Positions 32,644 to 43,028 of a DNA stretch of 64,000 nucleotides are shown here, in pieces. Origin of the DNA: Calditrichia bacterium (GTDB lineage: Bacteria > Calditrichota > Calditrichia > JAJRVZ01); assembly GCA_963796965.1 (NCBI GenBank), contig CAWCNS010000016.1, positions 96,001 through 160,000 of the forward strand, read 5' to 3'. The notes below the pieces were generated by a model. That model searched no databases and had not been told where the DNA came from. It saw nothing but the letters and a program-made list of their open reading frames with translations. Made by a program: the position numbers and the translations under genes. Within the stretch, counting starts at the first letter, position 1; every line of letters starts with the position of its first letter.

Positions 32644-35635
32644 TTGAAGAAAATAATTGTTTATATAGTCATATTAATTATCCTTGGATGCAACCATCAG
32701 CCAACGCTTATAGAACTACAGCGATTAGGTGTAACTGCTGTGAGCATGAGTGAAAAAAGGAAAATTGTTAATCTTGTAGAGAAGCATTACCTCTCGATAA
32801 ATAGACAAGACTCGATTCTTAGTCACATAAATGAGATCGTAGAAACAACCATAAGCGAATACGATGTGAATATAAGATTAGAAAAAATGGAATTATTAGG
32901 GAATGAAAATATTTATGAGACGGAGCTGAAAACTTCATGGCATAATTAAAGATTTTATTATTCTCAAGGCCAGAGAAGATTCGGTCGGGTGGAAAAATTG
33001 TTTAAGTCTTATTCTTCAAGTGGCTCAAGAGGTAGATTCTAAAACAAATAATCATTATTGGATAAATTTTATTAACCAACTCAAAACTTTTTCAAAATCT
33101 CAGGCATTGGCCTGGTTAATTGCAAAGGAAGCAAGTATACGATGTAAACAATATCATGATAAAGACCAACATTGGAAAATTGCTGAGCAATATGCCTCAA
33201 TTGGACTTGAGATGCTGCAAAAGATAAATGATAAACGTATACGCTTGGACATCCATCATAGAATACAATTTATCCTTGACCATTTTTATGGTTTACCGGC
33301 ACTATCTGTCACCATTGCAGAGATAAATGCACAAGATGCCATAAAAATAGGATACCATTTGCGAGCTGGCGGAATGTGGTTTCGAATGGCATGGACACTC
33401 CATACAATGGGAGAAATTGCAAAATCATATGAGATTAATCAAAAACTGATTAATTACACACAAAAATATCAAGATGTGCTCTTTATGGACTGGTATCAGA
33501 GAGAAAGTTCAATTCTTTTAGTTAATGAATATTGGCAACTGGGAAAATATCAAGAAGGACTGGATATATGCCATTCCATACAAAACCTGGATCTGACCTA
33601 TGATCAAATATACCGGATTACAAATATCGAAGGGTTGATTTATAGAGCACTTGGTCAGTATGAACAGGCAGAATTAAAGTATAATAATGCCTTACATTTT
33701 GCTGATAGTTCAGGTAATATCTATAATAGAGTCAGTATCCTGACTAATCTCGGGGTATTGTTCGATCAGCTTTCCGAATTTAAAAGATCTATTGATTATT
33801 TTACTACTGCCAGAAACCTTCTTGAAGCATCAAATCCGGAAAATCAGGAATACAGGGCTGATCTTACTATGAATATTATCAATATTTACCAGAAGATGGG
33901 AGAAAGTGATTCTGTGCTGATTCTTCTCAAAGAGGCCAGGGTGATTGTCGAGAATTCAGGAAATGTTGCTAGTAGAAAAGTAGATCTGCTCATGGCCCTT
34001 GGGCAGATTCATAATGCCCTTGGGCAGATTCGCGAATCCGTAGAACTTTTAGAAGAGGCAATCCAGATTTGTGATCAAAACAAAATGATTCATATTGGTC
34101 TTCAGTGCAATATTAAATTCATCGAAGGATTGATTCAGTTGCAAGAATATAGTCGTGCGGAAATTGTATTGAGAGAAATTTTAGAATTATCAGACCGAAC
34201 AAATGCTATTGAACGCATGATAGATGCCTTAGCAATTCAGTCCGAAATTCAATACCAAAAAGGAAATCTTGATGAGGCGATTCGAATATCAAACAAACTT
34301 ATTGATAAGATTCACACTTTGAGTCAAGAATTTGAGGCAAAAAATAGATTATATGCATACAGACAAAAAATATACGATTATCTGAAAAGATCAATTATAT
34401 ATGAGATTGCTCATGATCGGATTGATCTTGCCTATGCTAAATTAACTTATGCCAAACAGAGATCTTTCCTTGATATTGGATCCGAAATATCACCAAATAC
34501 TCATACATCGAATGCTGTCGTTCTTCAAGATTTATCTGGTTCAAAGTCGGAATTGGGTTTATCAGCTAACGTGTTGATGATGGACTATCTTTTGACAGAT
34601 AAAACGCTCTATGTTTTTGTTGTTGAACCGCAAGGCTTGAGATTACTACAGAGGAATATAGATTATAAAGATCTCCAAAAGAATGTAGTATTGTTTAAAA
34701 AAAATATCCTAAATACTATAAACAGTCTTAATAATTACAACAAAAATAAAATAGAAGAGCATTATTGGACATCCTGCAGATTAGGTTTTATTTTATATGA
34801 AGAAATAATAGGATCATTTGAACTAGATAAATTAATAAGTGAGTTCCAATATTTATGTGTAAGACCAGACGAGTTCTTACATGAAATACCTTTCGCTTCT
34901 TTGGTAGTGGATACTCTAAATAGTATCACCTACTTGGCTGAAAAAATAACTATATTAACTAACACGGACCTTTCCTCTATTACAAAATTTAAAGCTGCTT
35001 TGCCAGATCCATATTTTCGCAACAAAAAAGTTTTGATCAGTGCTGATACAGATATTCCAGGAGTCAAGGATTTGCTTAAATTTCTCAAATCCTATTTTAA
35101 TAACAGTTCAGAATTAGCCGTAATTCGAGACATTTCCAAGGAAAATGTTTTAATGGCTTTGAAGCATGATTATGATTTTTATATTATTATTGGACATGCC
35201 TATGCAAATGAAACATACCCGGAGAAGTCAGCAATAGAATTTGCTGTAAAAAACATTTCCTCTTCCACTACACAGAAAATTCTATTATCTATGTCAGATT
35301 TAGAGACCGTGTCATGGGGAGATGTCGACATGATCCTCTTAGTTGGTTGTGAGACAGGATCTGGAAGAGTTTACAGAAATTCAGGTATCTTTGGTCTTCA
35401 ACAAAGTTTAAATACCCTCGGGGCTAAAACTGTTCTTGGCACACTATGGAAAATTGATGGTCGCCATGCAACGGATTATATCAAAGATTTTATAAAACAT
35501 TGGACCTTTACAGGAAATCCTGCCCTGCTTTAAGAAAAACACAACTGGATGCTCTTCAGAATTTCAATGAATCACAAATTTTACAGAGGACCACATCCAT
35601 ATTTTTGGAGTGGCTATATCTTGTCATATAACTAA
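32644..35635 (+). CDS. TPR-CHAT (caspase-like) protease, predicted lipoprotein; frameshifts ~32935 and ~35525-35580
   Basis: Lipobox ILGC; TPR array; PDEFLHEIPFASL, His in IGHA (35195), Cys in LVGCETG (35348), VLGTLWKIDG, terminal HPYFWSGY. Confidence 0.88.
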
Positions 35636-35653
35636 TTTAAGAGAGGAGTTGCA

Positions 35654-35995
35654 ATGGACCAATCACAATATGTTTCTCCAGGAGAGAGAACGACACCACC
35701 TGGAGGGGGGCCTGAAGAAAATCCAAACTATACAAGGACAATAGTGAGTTCTCAAGGACTGCTCACACTGGCCTTTGGTTTTGCGTTAGGACTTACATTG
35801 GTAGTTATTTATTTATTATTCAAATTACCTCTTTTCCCTGAAGACATCCTTCGTTTGTTTCCTGCATTGTCCGAAAATAGTTTGATATCACTTCTCTATT
35901 ATTTCTTGTCGGGCTTTGTCGTCGGTTCAATAACTGCCGGATTATATAATTTACTGGTTGTAAAAAGACTCAACCTGTTCGGGCTTGAAAATTAA
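35654..35995 (+). CDS. Small two-TM membrane protein with a Pro/Gly-rich N-tail
   Basis: GAGGAG RBS; MDQSQYVSPGERTTPPGGGPEENP then two hydrophobic helices. Confidence 0.75.
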   Translation: MDQSQYVSPGERTTPPGGGPEENPNYTRTIVSSQGLLTLAFGFALGLTLVVIYLLFKLPLFPEDILRLFPALSENSLISLLYYFLSGFVVGSITAGLYNLLVVKRLNLFGLEN

Positions 35996-36082
35996 AGGCA
36001 TTAAAGATTAAATAGTACATCAAATCATACAAAATATAGTGAAAAGGCCCTAAAAAGAATAAATTAGTATTGTGGATCTTAT

Positions 36083-36122
36083 TTTGAGAGAAATCTTCCT
36101 TCCCCTGTCTCTATATAAATGA
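36083..36122 (+). promoter_or_regulatory. Candidate ECF promoter, copy 2
   Basis: TTTGAGAGAA-N16-CTCTATATAAATGA upstream of the kinase gene. Confidence 0.65.
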
Positions 36123-36303
36123 AACCACTGAACAAAACCCTGAAACCTTCGTAAGAGACAGGTAGTTGGTGTTTTTGAAACCAACTGAAAATATTGCTTA
36201 CGCCTCTTCTATTGCATGGTAAGGTTGCGCAGTTAGACTTGTGGCTCACATACTTGACGTAAAAGCAGGGTTGGACATTTTAGCGTTCTGAAGGGAGTCT
36301 CTC

Positions 36304-37248
36304 ATGCATGCACATTATTATCACTCCGATGGATTAATGAATATAATAACAAAACCCTCTTATCAACCTGCATCATACTTTTCTGGTAATGTATCCAATC
36401 CGGCAGATCTCATCGATAAAATAATTTCGCATTATAAAATTGTTGAAAAAATCGGTGAAGGGGGGATGGGCTATATCTATAAAGCCATCGATTTAAATCT
36501 GCAGCGACCAGTAGCCTTAAAGATTCTACCGCCCCATTTATGCAAAAAGGAAGAGGAGAAAAATCTTTTTCTGCAGGAAGCACGTCTCCTTTCTGCGCTG
36601 GAGCATCCTTATATTTGCACGATCCATGATATCTTTGAGAGCGATGAAGGAGCCCTGTACATGGTGATGACCTGCTATGAGGGCAAAACCCTGCGCAAAC
36701 ATCTTCAGGAAGATACTGTCAACCAAGAGCGGGCTATCTCCATAATTAAACAAATCGCCTCCGGATTAACCGTTGCCCATGAAAAAGGAATTGTTCATCA
36801 GGATGTTAAGCCGGAGAATGTGATTATTACGACCAACGATATGGTAAAGATCATTGATTTTGGTATTGCCCAATTGATGGGCCATAACCTTAATGGGAAA
36901 AGCAAAAACTCCATGGGTACCATCGCCTATATGTCACCGGAGCAAACAAGCCGCGGTGTTATCGATCACCGCACCGATATCTGGTCACTTGGCATTGTTT
37001 TTTATGAAATGTTATCAGGAAGTCTTCCCTTTGATGATGAATTTGAACAAGCGATTATATATGCTATTATGAAGGAAAAACCAAAGGCCCTTAAAAATGT
37101 GCCAAAACAATTAAGTCGGATTGTAATAAAATGCCTCGAAAAAGACCGGCAAAATCGCTATAAAGATATACGTGAAATGCTAACTGATATCGAGGTGTTT
37201 CTGACCAGAAATAATAAGCTGAAATCCTTTGACCGGAAAGCTAGATAA
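36304..37248 (+). CDS. Stand-alone cytoplasmic Ser/Thr protein kinase
   Basis: GEGGMG, VALK, HQDVKPEN, DFG, YMSPE, DIWSLG; no TM or sensor domain. Confidence 0.92.
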   Translation: MHAHYYHSDGLMNIITKPSYQPASYFSGNVSNPADLIDKIISHYKIVEKIGEGGMGYIYKAIDLNLQRPVALKILPPHLCKKEEEKNLFLQEARLLSALEHPYICTIHDIFESDEGALYMVMTCYEGKTLRKHLQEDTVNQERAISIIKQIASGLTVAHEKGIVHQDVKPENVIITTNDMVKIIDFGIAQLMGHNLNGKSKNSMGTIAYMSPEQTSRGVIDHRTDIWSLGIVFYEMLSGSLPFDDEFEQAIIYAIMKEKPKALKNVPKQLSRIVIKCLEKDRQNRYKDIREMLTDIEVFLTRNNKLKSFDRKAR

Positions 37249-37253
37249 ATATG

Positions 37254-37512
37254 AATATTCAATATTCAACACGGAATATTCAATAGCCAATGTCCAGGGA
37301 GTGGAAAAAGTCAACCGATAAACGTAGGGGCGAACCCAGGTGTTCGCCCTGCTGTGGAATAAATATTAAACATGGAATAGTCAATAATCATTCTTAAATC
37401 AGTATTAGCTATTCACGATTAAAATGCATATTTTATATCCCATATCCCATATCCCATATCCCATATCCCGTATCCCGTATCTCGTATCCCGCATCACCTA
37501 TCCCGTATCCCG
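37254..37512. repeat. Composite repeat cluster: AATATTC family, REP and (ATCCCAT/ATCCCGT)n
   Basis: AATATTC units at 37254-37290 and 37362-37390; REP GTAGGGGCGAACCCAGGTGTTCGCCCTG at 37324-37351; about 10 heptamers at 37437-37512. Confidence 0.85.
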
Positions 37513-37519
37513 AAGCCCA

Positions 37520-38927
37520 TCACCCCACATACACCTTCAACTTTTTTAACAATTTCCTAAATACATCCGGTTTATCGGTGACAATACCATTTACGCCAGC
37601 TGTAAACGAATTATACATTTGTGAGGGCTCGTTAATGGTCCAGTGAATGATGGTAGAGAGTTTACTCTTTGCATTATAGTCCCGGTCTCGGGTAGCCTCG
37701 GTCATTTCTCCCAAATTTCCTGGTCTGAAAAGACTACCAATAGAGATAACAGAATTGTTCATTTTTCTCGCTACCTTTAAAGGGTCCTTTTTAAATCCGA
37801 ATATTGCCCCAAAGGAACCCTGGGCATCAAAGGCGAATTCACAACGGTTCTCTCCAGATTCTCGGAATCCCTTCTTTAGATGTTTTAAAACTTCTTCGCT
37901 GCCATTACTTATAATAAGACGGGCTGGTAAATCTGGAAATTTTTTAATCTCCCTGGCGAGTCGTTTACCATAGTCGATAAATAAAGCAGCGTCATCCACT
38001 TCATCCCACTTTGGATTTTTTACATCGAAGTACAATAGATTTAACTGTTCTCTTTCCTGCTGGGCAAATGCTAAAAATTCGCTCAATTCCGGGATATCAT
38101 GTTCCACCTTGTCCACGTGGTGATAGCGATATAATTTTTTTATCTGATTTAGTGTCAATTTAATGATGTCTAACTGATCATCGGATTTTAATTTTATTCT
38201 CCGACTGGTTTTGTAGCCCCCATTGATCAGATTCTTAATACGCGCCGTATTACCTGTAAAACTAAATTCAGGAGAAACAAGCTCAAAGGGAAATCCCTCA
38301 AAAAGCGTGCGATCCATCCTATCCGGATGCTTTACCGGTTCAGGATCATGGAAAATGACCAACTTTTTTTCTTTGGTAATACAAATATCAAACTCAAGCC
38401 CATTCGCACCAAGATCCACTGCCTTCCGAAATGAAGCCATCGTGTTCTCCGGAAAAAAATGAGGTGCCCCGCGATGGCCAATATTATAAATTTGTCTGAG
38501 GGGGATCCGAAGGATTAGCGGTGCAGTGGGTGTGGGATCAGAAATTAGATCATCATCATCAAAAAATTCATTGGTTTCGTAATCATCATCCCAACCAGAA
38601 TCCCAGTAAGGTAAACGAGCCGGGCAATAAAGAGGTAAGTGGGATGGTCTCAACTTCGTTAGCGGCCAATAATTGCCCATTTACTTTTGAAAAGTTTACC
38701 TTTTTAAAACTTACCCGAAGATAATGCGATTGACTGACATGATATCTGGGTGCATTTACCGTGAATACATCGTCATCAACATCATACTTTAATGAGCGAC
38801 GATTGAATCCAACCAGGGGATTGAAATCATTTATTTTTACTACATCTACCTGAATTCCATCTGATATAGTGAATTCATCATCTTCAAGAGGATCAAATAC
38901 GACGACTCTAACATATAGGGATTTCAT
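37520..38927 (-). CDS. Glycerophosphodiester phosphodiesterase with an unknown N-terminal domain; frameshift ~38635
   Basis: IGHRGA..PENT, GLEFDI, IFHD, FDVK, WTIN, GVNGIVTD; N-terminal part in ORF 38586-38927. Confidence 0.85.
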
Positions 38928-39003
38928 TGTTTGCTACCTCTATGAATAGTTTTACGCTATATGAATTGTGTAATCTATATATTTATTGTTATAAGATCAT
39001 TTA

Positions 39004-40944
39004 TTAAAACGTAATCGCTATTCCCCATTTTACTAATATTCCAACATCAGCTGCTGCCATATCTATTACTTTTATTCGCCAATCTCCTTTTGCTGATTTA
39101 CTGATCAATTTACTAAACAAAGTAGGTTCATCGGCTGAGCGAAATGTTTTAATCAGATCATTACTATTTCCGCCGGTACGGTCCTGCAAAATTATTTCCC
39201 GCCCCTGAGGAGAAGTCAAAATCACTTGTAAATCACCAGACCAGGTGTGAGTAATCTCAATAGAAATTTCTATTTGTTTTATAATGACATCTAATGGAAA
39301 TGGAATGATAGAATCCACAGCACCAAGATCGGGAATGGTTCGCTGGATACGGTGTTCCATAGAGAGTACCTGGGGTAAGGTGTCTTCTCCTGTTCCTGTG
39401 ACTAGTTGCAGGGCTTTTTCAGCATTTATTCGGCCATAGCCGAAGACTTGAGAATGTCCTTCAATATAATTTCCATTGGTTGAATCAATTTTATCTGCAG
39501 TCTCAATCATAATTTGTTTTACTTCGGCTGAGCTGAAATCCGGGTTCTCGGAAAGGATCAAAGCAGCCAAACCTGCTGCTAACGGTGTAGAACTGGATGT
39601 TCCGCCAAAACTAAAAGTATAGTCACCGGCATTGTATCCCCGTGAACCCCGACGATCAGTTGTGACAATTTGTTTCCCCGGGGAACCACTGGAAGGTGCA
39701 CATAAAGTCAGTTCTTTTCCAAAATTGCTGTAATATGATTTTTCATCCAGACTGTTTGAAGCGCCTACCGAAATTACATCCGGATGCATTGCAAAACCTT
39801 GATGAGAGACTCTCCCATCTTTTATCCCTTTAAGAGGTCGGTTTTCATTGCCGGCAGCAAACAGGATAACACAACCCTTTTTATTTCTTCTGCCTTCTGT
39901 GGCTGTCTTATGTATCATGGCTGTCATCATGCTTGACAAAGGGAAGTTCCACGATGAGGCTGACCAGGAGCAACTGATCACATCTGCATGATGATCACTA
40001 GCATATTGAAAGAGATCCGTAATAGCATTATCTGATAACCAGCCTGATGTGCGAATAGGCATTAATGCACATCCTGGGGCCAGGCCAACAATACCTGTCC
40101 CATTTTCCTCTGCTACAGCGACTCCTGCACAGGCGGTACCGTGATTATCGGAATCATTTACAGGATTTGGTTGGAAATCATCTTGCCCAAAATCACGTGG
40201 TGAGATTATTTTTCCAGTAGTATTGAAATCCGGATGCTGCAAATCAAAACCATCATCCATGACACAAACATTTATATCACGTGATCCGCGGTTAATATCC
40301 CAGGCACCCTCCGCTTTTACATCTGCTCCTGTACGCATACCTGGCGCACCACCCCTGTTTTTCAAATGCCATTGATCTTTATACAAGTCATCAGATGGTT
40401 GATGTTTAAATGAGATCCGGAAAGCAAGATCGGGATCTGCGATTTCTATTGATTCATTAGCCTGTAATTTTAGTGCAATTTTGAGTGGATTCTCGGTTGA
40501 AAGAGAGGTTAATTTTACCAGATAACCACCAGGTAAATATTCTAAATATTTCACGATTCCTAAACCAAATTCCCTTAAGATTTCTTCCTGCTTTTCAGTT
40601 GAAACAGCAGAGGCAAATTGGATCGTTAATAGCCCGGTTGGTATCATTTCACTTCCCGGTGAATCTTCCAATGAATAGATATGGGTTGTTACATCAGCAC
40701 CCGGCGACTTTCTTAACTCGTCTATAGTGGATTCTGTTTCCTCTGAATTTATTACGGAAAATATGTTCATCTTAATAACTGCGGCTTCATCGATATGAAT
40801 TACAGTTGTCCGGGTTTTACCGCAGGCAGCTTCTAACGATTGTTCATTTCTGGCAGATCCCTGTTTTAATCTAATAGCAAATTGGTCACTTACTTTTGTA
40901 AAAGTTACAGGATCACCTCCGCGTTTAATTTTAATGATATCCAT
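39004..40944 (-). CDS. S8 subtilisin-like serine peptidase with a proprotein-convertase P domain
   Basis: Triad VMDDG / HGTACAG / GTSSSTP; FAAGN; HTWSGDL..GDWRIKV P domain; no signal peptide. Confidence 0.92.
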   Translation of the reverse strand: MDIIKIKRGGDPVTFTKVSDQFAIRLKQGSARNEQSLEAACGKTRTTVIHIDEAAVIKMNIFSVINSEETESTIDELRKSPGADVTTHIYSLEDSPGSEMIPTGLLTIQFASAVSTEKQEEILREFGLGIVKYLEYLPGGYLVKLTSLSTENPLKIALKLQANESIEIADPDLAFRISFKHQPSDDLYKDQWHLKNRGGAPGMRTGADVKAEGAWDINRGSRDINVCVMDDGFDLQHPDFNTTGKIISPRDFGQDDFQPNPVNDSDNHGTACAGVAVAEENGTGIVGLAPGCALMPIRTSGWLSDNAITDLFQYASDHHADVISCSWSASSWNFPLSSMMTAMIHKTATEGRRNKKGCVILFAAGNENRPLKGIKDGRVSHQGFAMHPDVISVGASNSLDEKSYYSNFGKELTLCAPSSGSPGKQIVTTDRRGSRGYNAGDYTFSFGGTSSSTPLAAGLAALILSENPDFSSAEVKQIMIETADKIDSTNGNYIEGHSQVFGYGRINAEKALQLVTGTGEDTLPQVLSMEHRIQRTIPDLGAVDSIIPFPLDVIIKQIEISIEITHTWSGDLQVILTSPQGREIILQDRTGGNSNDLIKTFRSADEPTLFSKLISKSAKGDWRIKVIDMAAADVGILVKWGIAITF

Positions 40945-41115
40945 CGTTTATTTCCTCCCATATTACCTGAAAAATATAATGAAGATATTATCATTATCAA
41001 ATAAACGCAACGCAAAATCCAATTAATTCATTTCATTCTGATGAACCGAGACATCAAAGAAGTTTAGGTGTTTATAACTGCAGATGAAATCCGATGATTA
41101 AGGGGTAGGAGATAG

Positions 41116-41592
41116 TCACACTTTTGGTTTTATTAACTTCTTATCAAATATTTCAACCAGAAAGAAAATAACCACTGCAATTAAGACGAATGAGAGGTTG
41201 CCGTTTAATTTTGAAAGAATATCGGAGCCATAGGAAGGTAAACGGCTTAGAAATGAATTTCCAATTTCCGCCAAAAATGGCAGAGGATTGATAAAATAGA
41301 AACTGATAGCCAGACCAATTAAAATGAGGGAGATAACAAAACCGGATTCGAATTTTTCCCACTTGCTTTCAGCTGATTCGGGAATATTTGAAATGACATT
41401 ACTGGCAAAGGTTTGTGACAATTCCGGAATAGTGTCTGATTGCAGAGACGAATAGAGAGTTTTATAGAGATGATAATTATGCTGACAACCCTGGCAACTT
41501 TTCAGATGCTCTTCAATGGCCAGACCATTATTCCTGACTTTATCATCCAGATATTGTTGGATTTGTTCATCACTTAAGTGTTTTTGTGTCAT
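41116..41592 (-). CDS. Membrane anti-sigma factor (zf-HC2)
   Basis: HLSDEQIQQYLD..EEHLKSCQGC, two TM helices; overlaps the sigma stop. Confidence 0.88.
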   Translation of the reverse strand: MTQKHLSDEQIQQYLDDKVRNNGLAIEEHLKSCQGCQHNYHLYKTLYSSLQSDTIPELSQTFASNVISNIPESAESKWEKFESGFVISLILIGLAISFYFINPLPFLAEIGNSFLSRLPSYGSDILSKLNGNLSFVLIAVVIFFLVEIFDKKLIKPKV

Positions 41593-42182
41593 ATGGTTTC
41601 TCCTTGCAGCGTAGTGGCAAGAATTCCCTTTAGTTTTTTTCTACCTCTAAATAAGTAACTCTTTACCGTTCCTTCCGGCAGATCCATTATTTCTCCAATC
41701 TCCTGGTAGCTCATCTCCTCCAAATGAAAAAGGGTTAGGATGGCGCGGAATGGAGCAGGTAAATTCTCAATCTGTGTTTGAATAAACATATTACGGTCAA
41801 GAGACTCGACAAATTCCTCCGGAGTTGGATAGTTTGATTTTATAGATGCCATCCGATCCACATCCTCGATCGCTGTATTTCTATCTGATTTGCTATTCAT
41901 ATCATCAATCAGGGGTAATCTTTCTTTACGCATAAAATTTAGGGTTGTATTATATGCGATCCGGCCTATCCAGGTTGATAATTTTGATTCAAATTTAAAT
42001 TTTGAAAGATTTTGATGGACTTTTATAAAAACATCCTGACATATCTCCTCCTGGTCTTCTGAATTAGAAACCAGGCGATACACTATATGGGCTACCAATC
42101 TTTGGTGAGACTCAATCAATTTCTGAAATGCTTTGAGATCACCCCGTAGGATTTTATTTATGAGTACACGATCTTTTTCCAA
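41589..42182 (-). CDS. ECF sigma factor (SigW-like)
   Basis: QDVFIKV..LSTWIGRIAYN; MSYQEIGEIMDLPEGTVKSYLFRGR. Confidence 0.95.
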   Translation of the reverse strand: MEKDRVLINKILRGDLKAFQKLIESHQRLVAHIVYRLVSNSEDQEEICQDVFIKVHQNLSKFKFESKLSTWIGRIAYNTTLNFMRKERLPLIDDMNSKSDRNTAIEDVDRMASIKSNYPTPEEFVESLDRNMFIQTQIENLPAPFRAILTLFHLEEMSYQEIGEIMDLPEGTVKSYLFRGRKKLKGILATTLQGETI

Positions 42183-42203
42183 TACATCCCCGTTTTATAA
42201 GAT

Positions 42204-42231
42204 AAGACACGGAAACTAGGAATATGTTGCA
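42204..42231 (-). promoter_or_regulatory. ECF promoter for the sigma/anti-sigma operon
   Basis: rc TGCAAC-N17-GTCTT. Confidence 0.75.
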
Positions 42232-42260
42232 CCCCAATAATATCGTATTTTTATCCAGGG

Positions 42261-42288
42261 TGCAACATTTTTATCTTCACTGTGTCTA
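42261..42288 (+). promoter_or_regulatory. ECF promoter for the divergent membrane protein gene
   Basis: TGCAAC-N17-GTCTA. Confidence 0.75.
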
Positions 42289-42321
42289 TTTATTCAGAAG
42301 TTCTTAAAAAGGAGAAATAAA

Positions 42322-42702
42322 ATGTACGATTTATTACCTATGGTAGTCGTTTCGGTTATATTTGGAAGCCTGGTTTTAATTATTAAGATTCTTTCAGACA
42401 ATCGGATACGCAAGAGTTTGATTGAGAGCGGTCAGGTGGATGAGAAGGCAAAGTATCTCTATTTAAGAGGGGATAGAAGACCGGTTGATCCATTAAGTTC
42501 CGTTAAATGGGGCATGGTTCTGGTGGCGGTTGGCCTGGCCTTAATTATTGGGCAATTTGTTAACCAGTTTATGTACTTTGGAGATGCCGAGGGTCTTACC
42601 TTCGGGTTGATGTTCCTTTTTGCCGGTATTGCTTTCCTGGTCTATTATAATCTGAAGAAAAAGGAAGATGTCAATTCTGAAGAACCGACGGCCGAATTAT
42701 AA
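42322..42702 (+). CDS. Small membrane protein (DUF6249-like)
   Basis: Three TM helices, RKSLIESG, SVKWGMVLVAVGLAL; AAGGAG RBS. Confidence 0.75.
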   Translation: MYDLLPMVVVSVIFGSLVLIIKILSDNRIRKSLIESGQVDEKAKYLYLRGDRRPVDPLSSVKWGMVLVAVGLALIIGQFVNQFMYFGDAEGLTFGLMFLFAGIAFLVYYNLKKKEDVNSEEPTAEL

Positions 42703-42720
42703 CTAACCATTTTTGTCAAC

Positions 42721-42803
42721 TCGGGCGGAAATACATTTCCGCCCCGATGATTCCGGTCTGACATTCCTTTCTCAACAGGGCGAACACATGGATTCGCCCC
42801 TAC
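42721..42803. repeat. Two REP-like palindromes
   Basis: TCGGGCGGAAATACATTTCCGCCCCGA; 42776-42803 rc GTAGGGGCGAATCCATGTGTTCGCCCTG (26/28 identical to 37324-37351). Confidence 0.85.
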
Positions 42804-43028
42804 CTATCACTTTTAATATTTCACGTCCCTCCCCCCTGGAAATTTTATTTTCTCTGATAGATAATGAAATGGGCAGTCCGTCCGCGCAAACATAATAATA
42901 GAATAGTGAATATTCTGTGTTGATTGTTGAATGATGAAATTTGATTCTTGCATTGTAAAAAGAATGATCCTATTTTTGAAATAGAGAAAATAACATTATG
43001 TCTATTCAATAAAATTCAGATTTCAATT

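Noticed and set aside
32644..35635. Type III-E CRISPR (Craspase) locus
   Set aside because: TPR-CHAT and sigma are present, but there is no Cas7-11 or array, and the CHAT protein has a lipoprotein signal
36120..36190. Possible riboswitch in the kinase leader
   Set aside because: Only a short AGTTGGT/ACCAACT hairpin; lacks the consensus of c-di-GMP or other known aptamers
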